From contig OX597830.1 of the NCBI GenBank assembly GCA_951406725.2, forward strand, positions 17,918,001 through 17,982,000: a DNA stretch of 64,000 nucleotides, given 5' to 3'. A program made the position numbers and the translations under genes. Numbering within the stretch: position 1 is the stretch's first letter; each line of letters opens with the position of its first letter. Below, piece by piece: positions 13,078 to 27,728 of this stretch. Below the pieces are notes generated by a model that saw nothing but the letters and a program-made list of their open reading frames with translations, was not told the origin of the DNA and did not search any database. Origin of the DNA: Octopus vulgaris. Its lineage: Eukaryota.

Positions 13078-14313
13078 CACTGTTAAAATTCAGCATCGTA
13101 GAGGCCTATTCGAATGTGACAGCCTCTTTGTGATTCTGTTCATACTCTCAGTAAAGCCCCTGTCATTCATGCTGAGGAAATCTGAGAGGTATATCATTGG
13201 TTTCACAAGGAGACAGAAGTACCAAGATTACATACTACTTCTTTAGAGTTGACTTGAAGCTGTATATCAGGAATGAGAATAATGTGAAAAAGACCCTTGA
13301 TGTAGTTACAACATTCTCAAAGGATAAAGTATTGCATTTTGGTTAAGATAAATGTTGATTTATAATTGTGAAACGATGGAAGACTGTAAATGATTGTTTA
13401 TCCCGCGCTTAATAAGGAATATTACAGGTGCTGGGTATAGGTTGGAATATATCTTGCAATGGTACCTGTAACAAGAAACGCGTCACTAAGGAATATAACA
13501 ACCAGATAAAAAAATGATATGGAGCTCAGAATTCTCTGCATGCAATAAAACAGTGGCCACTGTGTGTTTGTTGTAGCAGTACTCATACCGAAATTTGGGC
13601 GACTTGATTGGGCGCTTGAGAAGATCCAAACCATTGATATGAGAAACCGGAAATTACTGACCAGCACAGATAATTTTCGCACCAACAGTAACGTAGACCA
13701 CCTCTACCAAAAACGCAAACAAGAGGGCAGATGTTTAACATTGATTCAGACAGCTTTTGAATGCCATATCATATCACTTCGGCAACATCATTTAACTACA
13801 AAGCGTCGTAGTTGCATCCATTGACCAATTCTGTATACACGAAGCAGATATTTTGAAACTTCAAAAATAGCTCCTTGAGAAATATTCCCCGTCTGATTAT
13901 CTCGAATACATGCCCAAAGAAGTTGCACGACTCTACTGCAGTACATCCTCGAATAAATGGATGAGTGTACATCCGTAGAAGACGATGCACGGATATATTA
14001 GCAGAAATATCCAGGTTGGCAGTTCTAGTGATAATCAAAGCAGTCTATCGTGGACCAACAGGATCACTAACTCTCATTTTGAATGGTATACATTTGCAAT
14101 CCTGGAACAATAAATAGCTACCAAATTCTTGATGCAAAAAAGGTAAAGAGAAGTATAAAAATCACCGAAATGTGATAACCGATGCAGATTTTGTGAATTA
14201 ATACCGAAGATATCACCAACATCATGAGTAGTTGTCCGAAAATGTCATCGCGTTATTATCTATCAATGAGGTATGATATTGTAGCCAAGACAGTGTACAA
14301 TGAGATTCGTCGG
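13078..14313 (+). pseudogene. Decayed R4/Dong-like non-LTR retrotransposon RT to zinc-knuckle fragment
   Basis: Read across stops and frameshifts: RGLFECDSLFVILFILSVKPLS, DLKLYIRNENNVKKTLDVVTTFSKD..FG*DKC, LDWALEKIQTIDMRNRKLLT..NVDHLYQKRKQEGR, RCRFCE..DITNIMSSCP. Colinear with the 38232-40151 protein. Confidence 0.85.
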
Positions 14314-14316
14314 GAA

Positions 14317-14574
<258 letters not shown>

Positions 14575-15403
14575 AATATATAGACAGAAGTATGTAGGTA
14601 TGTGTGTATTATGTACGTATGTATATATATATATATACATACATACATATATACATACATATATACATATATACATACATACATACATATATGTCTTTAT
14701 AAAATATAAAAGCACACAGACTTTTGCCATAAGAATGTAAAATAGATGTCTGGCTGGAACTATGCCTAATATTGTGCAAATAGCTGAATAATTGCTTTAA
14801 TCAAATCTACTTCTGCACTTCTAGCTGGGCTGAAATGCTACCATTACTTTCTGTTGTGTCTATGCATACTCATTTGCCATATATAGACATATAACACATA
14901 TACACATATACATATACACATGCAGACATATTCATTTATAAGTAAATAAAAATGTGAATGGCTCTCCGTCGGTTACAACAATGAGCTCTTGAAATTTTGT
15001 CTTTCAACAAGTCGGCCAAGTCACTTAATCACCGTATAAGTGGCTGAGTGTACCTGTGAAACACGTGTGCCTTTAACGTAACTTTTAAGGCGTATTACGC
15101 AATCATATGTAAACAAGGTTAGTTTTTCAATTGCTGTTACAACCCATCTGTAGGATCTTCAAACATATTGTGTCTACTCAATTTTATTGGCAAGACTTGT
15201 CTGACTCAAGGTCATTGTAAGCGTGCAAGGTGTTCACGAAGTGATATCAAACCAAAATTTCAACATTGCATAGCGAATGTTTTAGCCATTGCATCTCACT
15301 ACCTCAATTTTTTCTCAAACTCATTCTCTCTCTTTCTCTCTATCTATCAATCTATCTATCTCTCTCCAGATATATATATATATATATATATATTGAGAGA
15401 GAG

Positions 15404-15903
15404 AGAGCAATAAGAAAATGGAGGGGATCAATAGGTGGTATTCATCAACTTTTAGACATTATATTACGTCAATTTACGTATTTATTTACTAAAAGGACAA
15501 TTATAACAATATACATACATGTATAACATATTATGCTTTACATATATAATATATAAAATATAAAAATATCAGTAATTATTAAAATACATAACATATAGCA
15601 ATAGAGATTGGGATAATATCTTACAGCTGTTTCAGGCAAGAGGCAAAAATACCTCATTCTACCTTTATCCCTCCAGGGGACTGAAGTAATTAGTAGATGA
15701 AATTGAGGTGCTTGGATGTTTCTCGAGGCTTCGTCAGAGATTAGAAAGCTTTTTATATTTTATATGTTATATATGTAAAGCTTAATATGTTATACATGTA
15801 TGTATATTGTTATAATTGTCATTTTAGTAAATAAATAAATAAATTGACATAATATAATGTTTGAAAGTTGATGAATTGATCCCCTACATTTTCTTATTGC
15901 TCT
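15404..15903 (-). mobile_element. Fold-back unit: ~155-160 bp inverted arms around a hammerhead motif
   Basis: Arms 15404-15566 and 15750-15903. The minus-strand spacer reads atct-CTGACGA...(long helix II region)...GAAA-cagctg-TA-agat (15618-15741). Confidence 0.78.
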
Positions 15904-16076
15904 ATAAATTAATAGTAAAATAAATCTTTACCCTCAACCATTTATTACACTCGGTAATGCAATTGCCATGCAATGAAAAAACACTTGAGTTTTAATAATT
16001 GGGTATTCTACTAGCAGTATATTGGATAGATATTATCCCTTAGTTGGTTGGATTCACAACCTCTAACCTTCTTGGA

Positions 16077-16116
<40 letters not shown>

Positions 16117-16121
<5 letters not shown>

Positions 16122-16660
16122 TTTACGAGGGCCCGCTTTACGACAGCCCAGATTTACGAGTTTATTTTTCAGGCACAAGATCAAGATTTTGAATTATGTG
16201 TAAAAGTTTCCAATGCCATAACAAATGTTTCTGCATGTTACCAAGAAATTTGTAAAGAGCGAAAAATGCTTCTCTGCAAACAACTCTATACATTTTTCTT
16301 TTTTTTTTTTTTTTTTTGAAAAGAAATCTACAAGTTCGTCTACGAGTGCTTGTGAAACGGAGGTCGCGTCTACAAGATGATGTGCGCATGTCCAAGTCTA
16401 GTGCGAGTCAAAGTGATTCAGAAAACAATTATAATAATAATATTTTTTATTATAAATAATCTTGACATTCTTTTTACTTTACACAAAATTTTCTTTGCAT
16501 TCTATTGTTCTTTTACTGTTATTTATTTTATAGGTAAAATATTTTTCTGGGAACGAATTACGATTTATAACGTTCTACTATGGAAAAGCATTGCTCTGCT
16601 TTACGAGTTTTCGATTTGCGAGCAGTTTCCGGAAACAAATTAACTCGTTCATCGAGGCAT
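16117..16660 (+). mobile_element. Tigger/pogo-type DNA transposon remnant
   Basis: QDQDFELCVKVSNAITNVSACYQEICKERK resembles the Tigger transposase C-terminus. Repeated tttacga subterminal motifs, end ...aattaactcgttcatcgaggca, and (TA)n on both sides. Confidence 0.7.
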
Positions 16661-16836
16661 ATATATATATAAACTTATGAATATGCATGTGTAATGTGTA
16701 TACACACACACGTACACACACACACACACAAACACAAACACACTCGCACACACGCACACACATGCAGATACATTCCGACACATATATTATAGTTTGTTTG
16801 CATCACCGTTAACTACACGCATACTTGCATTTACGT

Positions 16837-16911
<75 letters not shown>

Positions 16912-16931
16912 CGGATGGGATATTTCTGTGT

Positions 16932-16994
<63 letters not shown>

Positions 16995-17442
16995 CCGGAT
17001 GGGATATTTCTGTGTGACGTATGTGTGTGTATGGCGTGTATGGACGGGCGTGTATGGGTGGGGATAGTTATATACGTTGATGTTTCATCTGCGGAAACTA
17101 ATTTGCCGTTCGTCGAATAACGTGCGCATGGAAGAGAGAGAGATAAATTGTGTGGGTGTACAATGCCAATACGATGATTGATTAATCATCATTGAATCAA
17201 ATAAATTAGACAACTCGTGTTGTCTCGAAGTTTCAAAAGTTTGTACGACCGGATGTGGGGAACATTGATGTTCTCGATTTCTGGATAGTTTATAGGTGTG
17301 TATGTTTGTATATGAATACACACGCACACACACACACACACACACAACAACAACAACAACACACACAGAGTAAGTGTATGCCTAGCATGCTATATATACT
17401 GGCATATGCGTGTGCGTGTGAGTGTAAGTGTATTTGTTAGTA

Positions 17443-17482
<40 letters not shown>

Positions 17483-17534
17483 GTTTGAATGTCCGTATGT
17501 GCAATTATGTACAAAACACACGCTTGTATATAAG

Positions 17535-17594
<60 letters not shown>

Positions 17595-17639
17595 ATGTAT
17601 ATATATATGTATATATATATATGTATATATATGTATATA

Positions 17640-17688
<49 letters not shown>

Positions 17689-17710
17689 GATATATAGACA
17701 TATACATACG

Positions 17711-17765
<55 letters not shown>

Positions 17766-17879
17766 AACGTTTGTTTTGTACATAATTTACATATGGACAT
17801 TCAAACATTATATATATATATATATATATATATACAAACGTTTGTTTTGTACATAATTGCACATACATTCAAACATTGA

Positions 17880-18259
17880 CCGAGAAACGCACCCAAATCA
17901 TTAATCCAGGTATAAAACATCTTTTTCCCTTGGGTTTATTGAGAAAATTCTATAGTTTGTAAGATATTTGTTGGGTTTTTTCTTCAATTTCTGCAATTTC
18001 AACCAATCGGTGACGTCTATTGAGGTAAAAAAAACATTCTGTGTCGTATGAATATGTCCCTTGTTTAAGAAACAGATTGGGTTTATTTACATTTCTGAAG
18101 AAAAAAGATACCGTCCCCACCACTCCTAACCCTAACCCTAACTAACCCTAACCCTAAAACAGATTGAAATGCAATAGATCGATACAAGGATCATAATTAT
18201 GGGTGACAATTTCATATGACACCGCTAGAAAAAATTGCCGTTCAAACCGAAAAGATCCC
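17880..18259. mobile_element. Probable non-autonomous DNA element fragment containing (CCCTAA)n
   Basis: About five CCCTAA-type units at 18125-18157; ends ...gccgttcaaaccgaaaagatccc. No partner TIR found. Confidence 0.4.
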
Positions 18260-18862
18260 ATGCCCTTGTCAACTAAGCCCTTGTCAACTAAATCTTATTT
18301 TGCAGTTATTTCTAATTTATTACGTTCATTCCTAACTTAACCTGTTTGTTCCATTATTTATCTATAATTTTCCGTAGGCGTCTTTGATCACAGATGTAAC
18401 CAATCTAAACAATACAGTTTCGATTACACTACTTGAGAGTAAGATGCAACCTTTAGAATCAAACACAGCATATTTTATTTATCGAATTCTCAGCATCGTT
18501 TGTATATATACATCAACTGAATACTAATAACAAAGGATCCTATTGTTGATATCAAATGGTTTTAAATGTTAGCAATATCATAGAATAGGCGTTGTGTTCT
18601 TGATAAATGATATATTTTCCTACTTGCTTTCTCATCCTATTAGAACTCTGAAAATAACACGTACATCTTCCGACATCTCTTCTGACAACTGAATATTTAG
18701 TTATTGGAACAAAATATCCATCATAGTAGTACATATATCTGTGTGTGTGTTGGAGTATGTCTTTGAGGCTGTGTGTGTGTTGGAGTATGTCTTTGAGGCT
18801 GTGTGTGTGAATGAGTGTGTCTTTGAGGGTGTGTGTTTGAGACTGTGTGTGAGTGTGTGCGT

Positions 18863-19319
18863 GTGTGTGGTACCATTGCTTCCCAAACACATGGTTCCGT
18901 TTTCAGACTCACTGCGTGGCACCATAAGAATGTGTCTTCTTCTATAACATCGGGTCGACCAAAGCCTTGTGAGTGGATTTGGTGGGTGTAAACTAAAAGA
19001 AGCTCGTCGTTTATGTGTGTGTGAGAGAATGTGTGTGTATGCATGTATGTATATATTTCTGTGTGTCTATGCATGTAAGTATATATATCTGTGTGTCTTT
19101 GCAGATGTGTTTCCCCCCACCACCACCACCACCGCTTGACAACTGGTGTTGGTTTGTTTACGTCTCTGTAACTTAGCAGTTCAGCAAAAGAAATCGAGAG
19201 AGTAAATATCAGGCTTAAAAAATAAGTACTGGCATCGATTTGCTCGATTAACACACCTTCAAGGCAGTGCTCTAGCATGGCCGTAATTCAATGACTGAAA
19301 CACGTAAAAGATAAAAGAT
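18863..19319 (+). mobile_element. SINE family A, diverged
   Basis: cacatggttcc..cactgcgtggcacc..gtcgaccaaagccttgtgagtggatttgg..gtgctctagcatggccg..atgactgaaac. Confidence 0.85.
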
Positions 19320-19352
19320 TTAAATGTATAGACAGATCGATTGATCGATCGC

Positions 19353-19443
<91 letters not shown>

Positions 19444-19523
19444 GTGTTGATAACACTTCATCCGTTGAAACGATCATTACAACATTTATACATTTATAGA
19501 CATATATTTCCTTAAACAAAAAA

Positions 19524-19588
<65 letters not shown>

Positions 19589-20229
19589 GCGTTCCCAAAA
19601 CTTTTCAGACACCAGACTAATTTTTTGGTGTGGTGGAGTGCGATAATTTTTCTTTAAATCATATAATAAAATAAGCATGGTTTACAAAGAATTTTAATAA
19701 CTCACCGATGAAAATATTCCTGGACATCTAAATAAAAAAAAAATACTTGAAACATATCATAAAATAACATAAAAAACAATTTTGCTTATTTTTAATATTT
19801 AGTTATATTTTTATGGCTTTCATCAATTTTAAGAAATATATGAATATGATATATTCTACAGTCTATCGCACAAAGTTATAAATTAAAATATAAAATTAAA
19901 CATGTATATACTTATGAAAGAAATTAACAAAATTAATAATGCAAAAAAGATGCTAGATATAATTTTTCAAAGATTGAACTGAAGGGATGTTGTTGTCTTT
20001 TTTGTTGTTGTTTTTTTTTTTCACTTAATAGATGTACATTAAGAGGAAACAAAGATCATTTTAGTTTCAAATCTTAATCGACATTCTATCTGTTCGAAGT
20101 ATCTTTTTCTTTTTCATGAAAACCAAATAAGAGAATTCAGTTTCACACTTAAAATCTGGAATAAAAGGCTTTTTAAAGTGAATTTCCTGCTTACATAAAT
20201 TTCGATGCTTTTCTTGACGAATATTAAGA

Positions 20230-20793
20230 ACGTCTGCCGTTACGTTCTGAGTTCAAATTCCGCCGAGGTTGACTATGCCTTTCATCCTTTCGGGGTCGAT
20301 AAATTAAGGACCAGTTACGCACTGGGTTCGATATAATCGACTTAATCCGTGTGTCTGTCCTTGTTTGTCCTCTCTGTGTTTAACCCCTTGTGGGTAGTAA
20401 AGAAATAGGTATTAAAGGCGGCGAGCTGGCAGAATCGTTAGGGCGCCTAGCGAAATGTTTAGCGGTATTTCGTCTGCCGCTAAGTTCTGAGTTAATCGAC
20501 TTAATCCCTTTGTCTGTCCTTGTTTGTCCTCTTTGTGTTTAGCCCCTTTTGGGTAGTAAAGGATTTCTTTACTACCTACAAGGGGCTAAACATAGAGGGG
20601 ACAAACAAGAACAGACAAACGGATTAAGTCGATTATATCGACCCCAATGCGTAACTGGTACTTATTTAATCGACCCCGAAAGGATGAAAGGCAAAGTCGA
20701 CCTCGGCGGAATTAGAACTCAGAACGTAGCAGCAGACGAAATACCGCTAAGCATTTCGCCCGGCGTGCTAACGTTTCTGCCAGCTCGCCGCCT
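20230..20793. mobile_element. SINE family B cluster: two + copies joined tail-to-tail to one - copy
   Basis: Junction ...gggtagtaaagga|tttctttactacctacaagggg at about 20563. Confidence 0.88.
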
Positions 20794-20799
20794 TATATC

Positions 20800-21644
20800 T
20801 TCACCAATTTCTGCGTGAGGCAAAGCATCTCCGATGTTTATTTCATGTGATTCTTTGCATAAAAATTCTTGTATTCAATGGGCGATATCTTGTGTAATTC
20901 ATAAAGTTTACCTATTCTTGAATAATTGAATTCAAAAAATATATATATACATCTCACGGTTAAAGCTTTTCTGGGAATACATTATAGCATTCTCGGAATA
21001 CAACAATGTATTCTAGTATTCTGTGCATTCTGTAATACACAGTTTTGCGCTTCTGTTCAGATATTCTGGAACAATCCATTGTGACAACTTGACATTGCTT
21101 GTGCTTCATCGCTTCTCAGTCCAACACGTTATTTCCGGTCGATGTTTTCTTTAATAATTATACCGTCTGAAGCTTAAACATTTCTTCGTCCTTTGTTCTT
21201 CTTTGAAGTGATTTACAAATCATAAAATCTTCTGGGAGACAGCCTTTGACAACACACTTTACAAAGCACATTAAATTAGAATTAACTGAAATGTCTCTTC
21301 TTTCTTCCACTTGTAATGAAAGAAAAACTGACTTTTGTGTATCCTAGAAACGGGCAATTCTTCTCTATTTTTTCATCATATCCTCTATTCTGCGTTCAAC
21401 TGTATTTTTGGACAAAGGCATTATAGCTATTAAACTGTGTTTCTTTTGCCCAGACACTCGAAGCAAAATGCCCAACTGACAGTATCTTTAGAGCGTCGGG
21501 TATAAGCGTTTTGGTTCCCTTCGCTTTGAGTTCAGATTCCAACGAAATGAATTTCAATCTTTGTTGGTAAAGTATCAATTCGGCCCTCAAGTTGATTCTT
21601 CTCCATCTTGATCTATATTTATCTCTTTTTTCTCACTTGCTCTC

Positions 21645-21678
<34 letters not shown>

Positions 21679-22402
21679 ACTCACTCTCTCTCTCTTTCAC
21701 CTTCTGTCTCTCTCCCTTCTTCTTCGTTTCTCCCCCCTCTCTCTCTCTCTCTCTCGCTCATTTGATCTCTCTTTTGATCCCTCTTGATCCCGCTTGATCT
21801 CTCTTGATTTCTCTCTTATGATCTTTCTTGACCCCTCTGTATATTGCACCTAAAATTTAAATGTTCGTCTATTGCTACACTGAATGGGCCAGAAAATGCA
21901 TTAAGATTGCACATGTCTGTGGAATACCCAATCACATGTTGTTTTCTCGAGTAATAATTCAAATGATCGAACAACAAACTACTCATCGTCAGTACTGATA
22001 CAAAATCCACCATCACACTCGGGATATTACAATTTCAAATGCAAAGAGTATTAACTTTTCCTCGATACTGATAACATTTCGGGGTCTCGGTTTTGAAACT
22101 TCATAAGATTCCAAATGTTGGTTTTCTAAATGCCGTTTCACTTTTAATGGTTTCATAGAACCGTTTGGGGATTTCGATGTGGCAAAACACGCATAATAGG
22201 AAATTAGAAAATACCCATCGCTTTTAACAGGAATGAAACAAAACTTAACATATTCGTTGCAACACTTGCGGATCTAAACAGTTTTGACCTGCTTGTCATT
22301 AAAATTCTCTGCATTGTTTAATATTTTATTACTGATATCTTTGCTAGTAACTGGTTGAATATTGGTGAATTGCTGTCGTTTCTCCTTAGCAGTTTATCCA
22401 TA
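20800..22402 (-). pseudogene. Decayed hAT (Buster/Charlie, SCAND3/ZBED5-like) transposase, interrupted
   Basis: Minus strand: IRKCCNEYVKFCF..NGSMKPLKVKRHLENQH (about 22270-22110); RRIEDM..FSLQVEE..DISVNSNLMCFVK..EDFMICKSLQRRTKDEEMFK..VGLRSDEAQAMS (about 21395-21090); RPLNTRIF (about 20885-20860). Interrupted by a CT tract and other DNA. Confidence 0.78.
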
Positions 22403-23029
22403 TTGAAAACGTAAAAGTAGGTACTGATAAATAAATTAGAAAAATAAATCAATAAGAAATAATCCCGATAAATACGTGAGAACAAAGCAGATTTGATAAT
22501 GATAAATATGATATCTTGTTAATACTCACCAAAATCAATAATAGTGTGTGTTAGCTGAGGGTCAGGAGAATTAAAGGTGCATGCAATATTATATATGCAC
22601 TTGCATGTATGAAGAGAGAAAATATGTGGTCATATCCCAATTCGCTGTCTGAATTTGCAGAATTAGCTCCTATTACGATGAGATTGAAAAAGATTATAAC
22701 CGTTGTAGTGTCACCATGAGCAGAGGCCGTGTTTGACCTGCAAGCATGGCAGCAATGGACTGACTAATCGATCGAATACAGCTAATTTTTTGCGTCTGTT
22801 AAATATTTTAATATTTTTGTTTCATGCGACGATTATTCCGAAATTTTATCAGGAACGTTTTTTATTGTTTGATTCGGATCTCAGTTTGGGTTGCGATGTA
22901 TACGTATATTTGTTTCTGTTTGTATTCATGTATGTGTGTGTGTGTGTGTGTGTGTGTTTACTATATATGAACGTATGTATATATTTATGTATATATTTAT
23001 ATACACACATATGGGTGTATGTATTCGTT

Positions 23030-23500
<471 letters not shown>

Positions 23501-24672
23501 TATGTTTGCTTACGTATCTACGTATGTATATGAGTGTATATAAGACGATGGGACTATACAGCCAACGTTCATCCTTCATGAAATGTTACCTAGTGGACAA
23601 ATTGAACTTAATTATCTCTTGTGTTTGAAAGAGAGTCCGGACCAATCACCAAAACTGCAACATCTTATGTGAATGATTCAAAGATTCAAAAATTTCCTTC
23701 AACGGGTAAGTTGAAGCTTAAACATGAACTAAGACAAACAGCACATCAATTATTTCTATAAAAAAAAGTACCTACCTATTAAGACAGTTTAAACGGCCTA
23801 GTAGATGATAATTTACGGTCTAACACCGTTGTGTGTGTGTATATATGTGCGTGCTGTATGTATGTATATGCGTGTGTATGCATATTATTTTCATGTCCTC
23901 ACATGTTTACATAAATACTTTCAACTCAATACCTTGATGTTTGTTTCAATGTGTGAGGTTTTAGACTTTACATAAAAAAGGGCAGGTGGTAGAATGATGA
24001 CAAATATTAATTGCCCTTGAGCTTCTTAGAGTTAACTACCTTGAACCTATAAAAAGTTTGATTAAATTTTTGTAATTTTCTAATCCTATGTGATTTTCTA
24101 ATCCTATTTCTAATGCCGCCATCTCTTAACGCTTTCAGTTATCTTAACAACTGCCGCATAGTTTTATTACTCTTCCGATCAAATGAATTAAGAAGGACAT
24201 CGGAATTCAAATCCCCCGATGAAAGTGGATTTATATACATACACATACACATACAACTGAGAGAGCTCTTGGAAATAGAACACTTCAAAGTCCCCTTACT
24301 TGTGTCACATTATAAATTATTCTTTTTTACTGGATAGAATTAATAAATTTTAAAACATACGTTAAATAAAAGTTTATGATTAGGATTTTTGATATTTATC
24401 GTTGCATTTGATAGGTAAATATATATACACCATTACAAAAGATTAACAAGGATTTTCTGCTCAGCGATTGTTTGACAATATGTAACAATAAAACATAATT
24501 TAATATTTACCAAATATGATTCTCTTCGTAAATCAGCTGAATTGTGTTTGCGGTCGTCGTATGAATATCTAAATATATAAAACATGTTCGAAAGTGTATC
24601 TCAAAGTACGAAATACAAAATGCAAGTCAACAACATCGGTCCCTGCCGGATCGTTCTTTAAGGACCTTTATA

Positions 24673-25238
24673 TTGGGTTGCCCGGAAAGTTCGTGCCGAT
24701 TTTTAAAAGAAAGAAAAAGGTCAATAAATACTTGCCATTACATTTTTAATCAACCAAATATGAACCATTTTGTTGCACAATGTGTCTCTATCTTTCCTTT
24801 AACTTGAAAATACCCTCTTACCAGAATTGAGGTGGTTTCATGGCAAAGAATTCATCAAGGTATCTTTTTACATCATCCAAGGAATTGAAATTTTTACCAT
24901 TAAGACTATTCTGCAGAGACCTGAATAAGTGGAAATCCGAAGGAGCAATATCTGGTGATAATGGAGGGTGGGGTAACACATCCCAGCCGAGCTGCAGCAA
25001 TTTTTGTCTGGTTCCCAAAGCATCAAGTGCCGAAGATGAACTTTTTTATCTTCCATTTCAAAGGGTTACAGAATTAACACCGGTTATAGGAACATAAACC
25101 TTCTTCCACGAAAAGATAGCTTAAACGGTGCTCTAAATGGAGGTGTAGTAAAATCCTATTTTATGGACTCAACCATGTTCTACAATAAGTCGAAAGGTAA
25201 GCTACTATAAATCGGCACGAACTTTCCGGACAACCCAA
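24673..25238 (-). mobile_element. Internally deleted mariner transposon (566 bp)
   Basis: TIRs ttgggttgcccggaaagttcgtgccgattt / aaatcggcacgaactttccggacaacccaa with TA flanks. N-terminus MEDKKVHLRHLMLWE is joined to C-terminal GWDVLPHPPLSPDIAPSDFHLFRSLQ (YSPDLAPSD motif). Confidence 0.95.
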
Positions 25239-25806
25239 TACATTATCACCTAGGCTCATAACTGAAATAATTTTTTTCACTGATTAAAATATGTTCCAAT
25301 GTTAGCAAGATCACAATTTATAGATGCAAATGTAGAAATTGCTAGCCAATATTATCAGTATGCGAGAGTTATCTGCTCCTTGAAAATGAGTAAGCTTGAT
25401 CAAGAACAGGTAGGTAGGTAAAATCGAGGTAGAGGTTGTCAAATCTGTGATACTAAAAAAATAAATTCGTGGCCGTGTAGTTAAGAAGGTCAGTCCTACT
25501 GCGTAACAACTCGGGCACATGAACTCTACGATAGCCCCAGAGACGACCAATGTCTTGCGAGTGAATTTGGTAAGAGAAAATTATAAGGAATCCCGCTATA
25601 TATGTGTGTTTGTGTTTCTCTCCATACACACCACTTAGCGATCGGTGTTAGTTCAGTCACGGCCTCGCAGGTAAGCTGTTTGACAAACGAAGCCAATAGA
25701 ATAAGTACCAGACTTTAAAAATAAGTGCTGGGGTCGATTCGTTCAACTAAATCTTACAAGGTGGCGCTCCAGCATGGTTTACTATAACTCCATTTCAAGG
25801 ATCTGT

Positions 25807-25863
<57 letters not shown>

Positions 25864-25989
25864 ACTCTTTTACTTATTTCAGTCATTAGACTGCGGCCAT
25901 GCTGAGGAACTGCCTTGAATCGACTCCAGTACTTATTTTATATATATATATATATACAAACATATAAGGGATATATATATATATATATA

Positions 25990-26417
25990 CAAACATATAA
26001 GGGATGGCCATAATAGGACATCCGACTCACTAGAAAGAGCAGCTAAACTCCAAACCACTAATAGTTGTAATTCTGAAATGGAAAGAGAAATAAAAACGTT
26101 TACCCTTTCCTTTCTGGACTATGCATAGTTTCGGCAATCTTATGTAAATAAATTAAATTAAATTAAATTTATTTACCACTGGCGTTGCACTCATCAGCAG
26201 AAAAGCCAAGGACTACCATATATTCACGAGGCGATAACGAGCATGCCTCGAGTCTATATGCTATAAATTTTCAAAATCCACCGTATTCGCGCGGTTTACT
26301 CAGCAGTAAATATAAACTGCCGATTTAATTTCAAAATTACAACTATTAGTGGTTTGGAGTTTAGCTGCTCTTTCTAGTGAGTCGGATGTTCTATTATAGC
26401 CATCCCTTATATGTTTG
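25990..26417 (-). mobile_element. Fold-back unit: 90-bp inverted arms around a canonical hammerhead
   Basis: Arms 25990-26079 and 26328-26417 (about 3 mismatches); begins in (TA)n. Confidence 0.85.
26110..26204 (-). ncRNA. Type-I hammerhead ribozyme, intact core
   Basis: Minus strand ttttctg-CTGATGA-gtgcaa..gtaaataaattt..aatttatttac..ttgcc-GAAA-ctatgcatag-TC-cagaaag. Helix I has 7 bp, helix III is the palindrome actatgcatagt, and the predicted GUC cleavage lies between 26117 and 26116. Confidence 0.9.
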
Positions 26418-26829
26418 AATGTATATTATATAGTCTATTGACTATTTTTTTCTTTCTCACTTGACAGCTGGTAGCGGAGAATTTTTCTAGAATTTTTTGC
26501 TACCCTAAAATTTATCAATATATATATATACAACTAATGTAGGATAAAATTTTTTTCGAGAAAAAAATTTTATCAATGGCCAGCATATCAAAAAATACCT
26601 TTAAAGGTTAAATTTATAAATAATTTACAAAATAAGGGCAAAAGAAAAATTCTAATGCCAAATATGCCGAAAAAAAGACAAAATTGTCAATAATCATTAT
26701 AAGTTATGCGTCTCGAAACAAACCGATAGAAATTTCTAAAAAATCCGTTATTACCGGATTGGTCCCAATTTCGGGGTTAATTCATAAGAATTTTCCCCTC
26801 TATATATATATATACCACTCTATTTTCCC

Positions 26830-26920
<91 letters not shown>

Positions 26921-26939
26921 TATACATATATATATAATC

Positions 26940-27500
<561 letters not shown>

Positions 27501-27728
27501 ATATACGTGCATAAATATATATATATATAGAGAGAGAGGGGAGAGACAGAGAGAGAGAAATATTGTTATTAATCCAAACAAATGGAGAAAAAGGGGGAGA
27601 ATTGAAGTTGAAAATCCACACAAAAATGCATTAGTATTAATTAGAATTTAATTATATCTTAAAATATAGAAATATACTTGACCTATTTTACAAAAGGCTT
27701 TCAGATGTGTATAATTTAGGAAGTTGTG

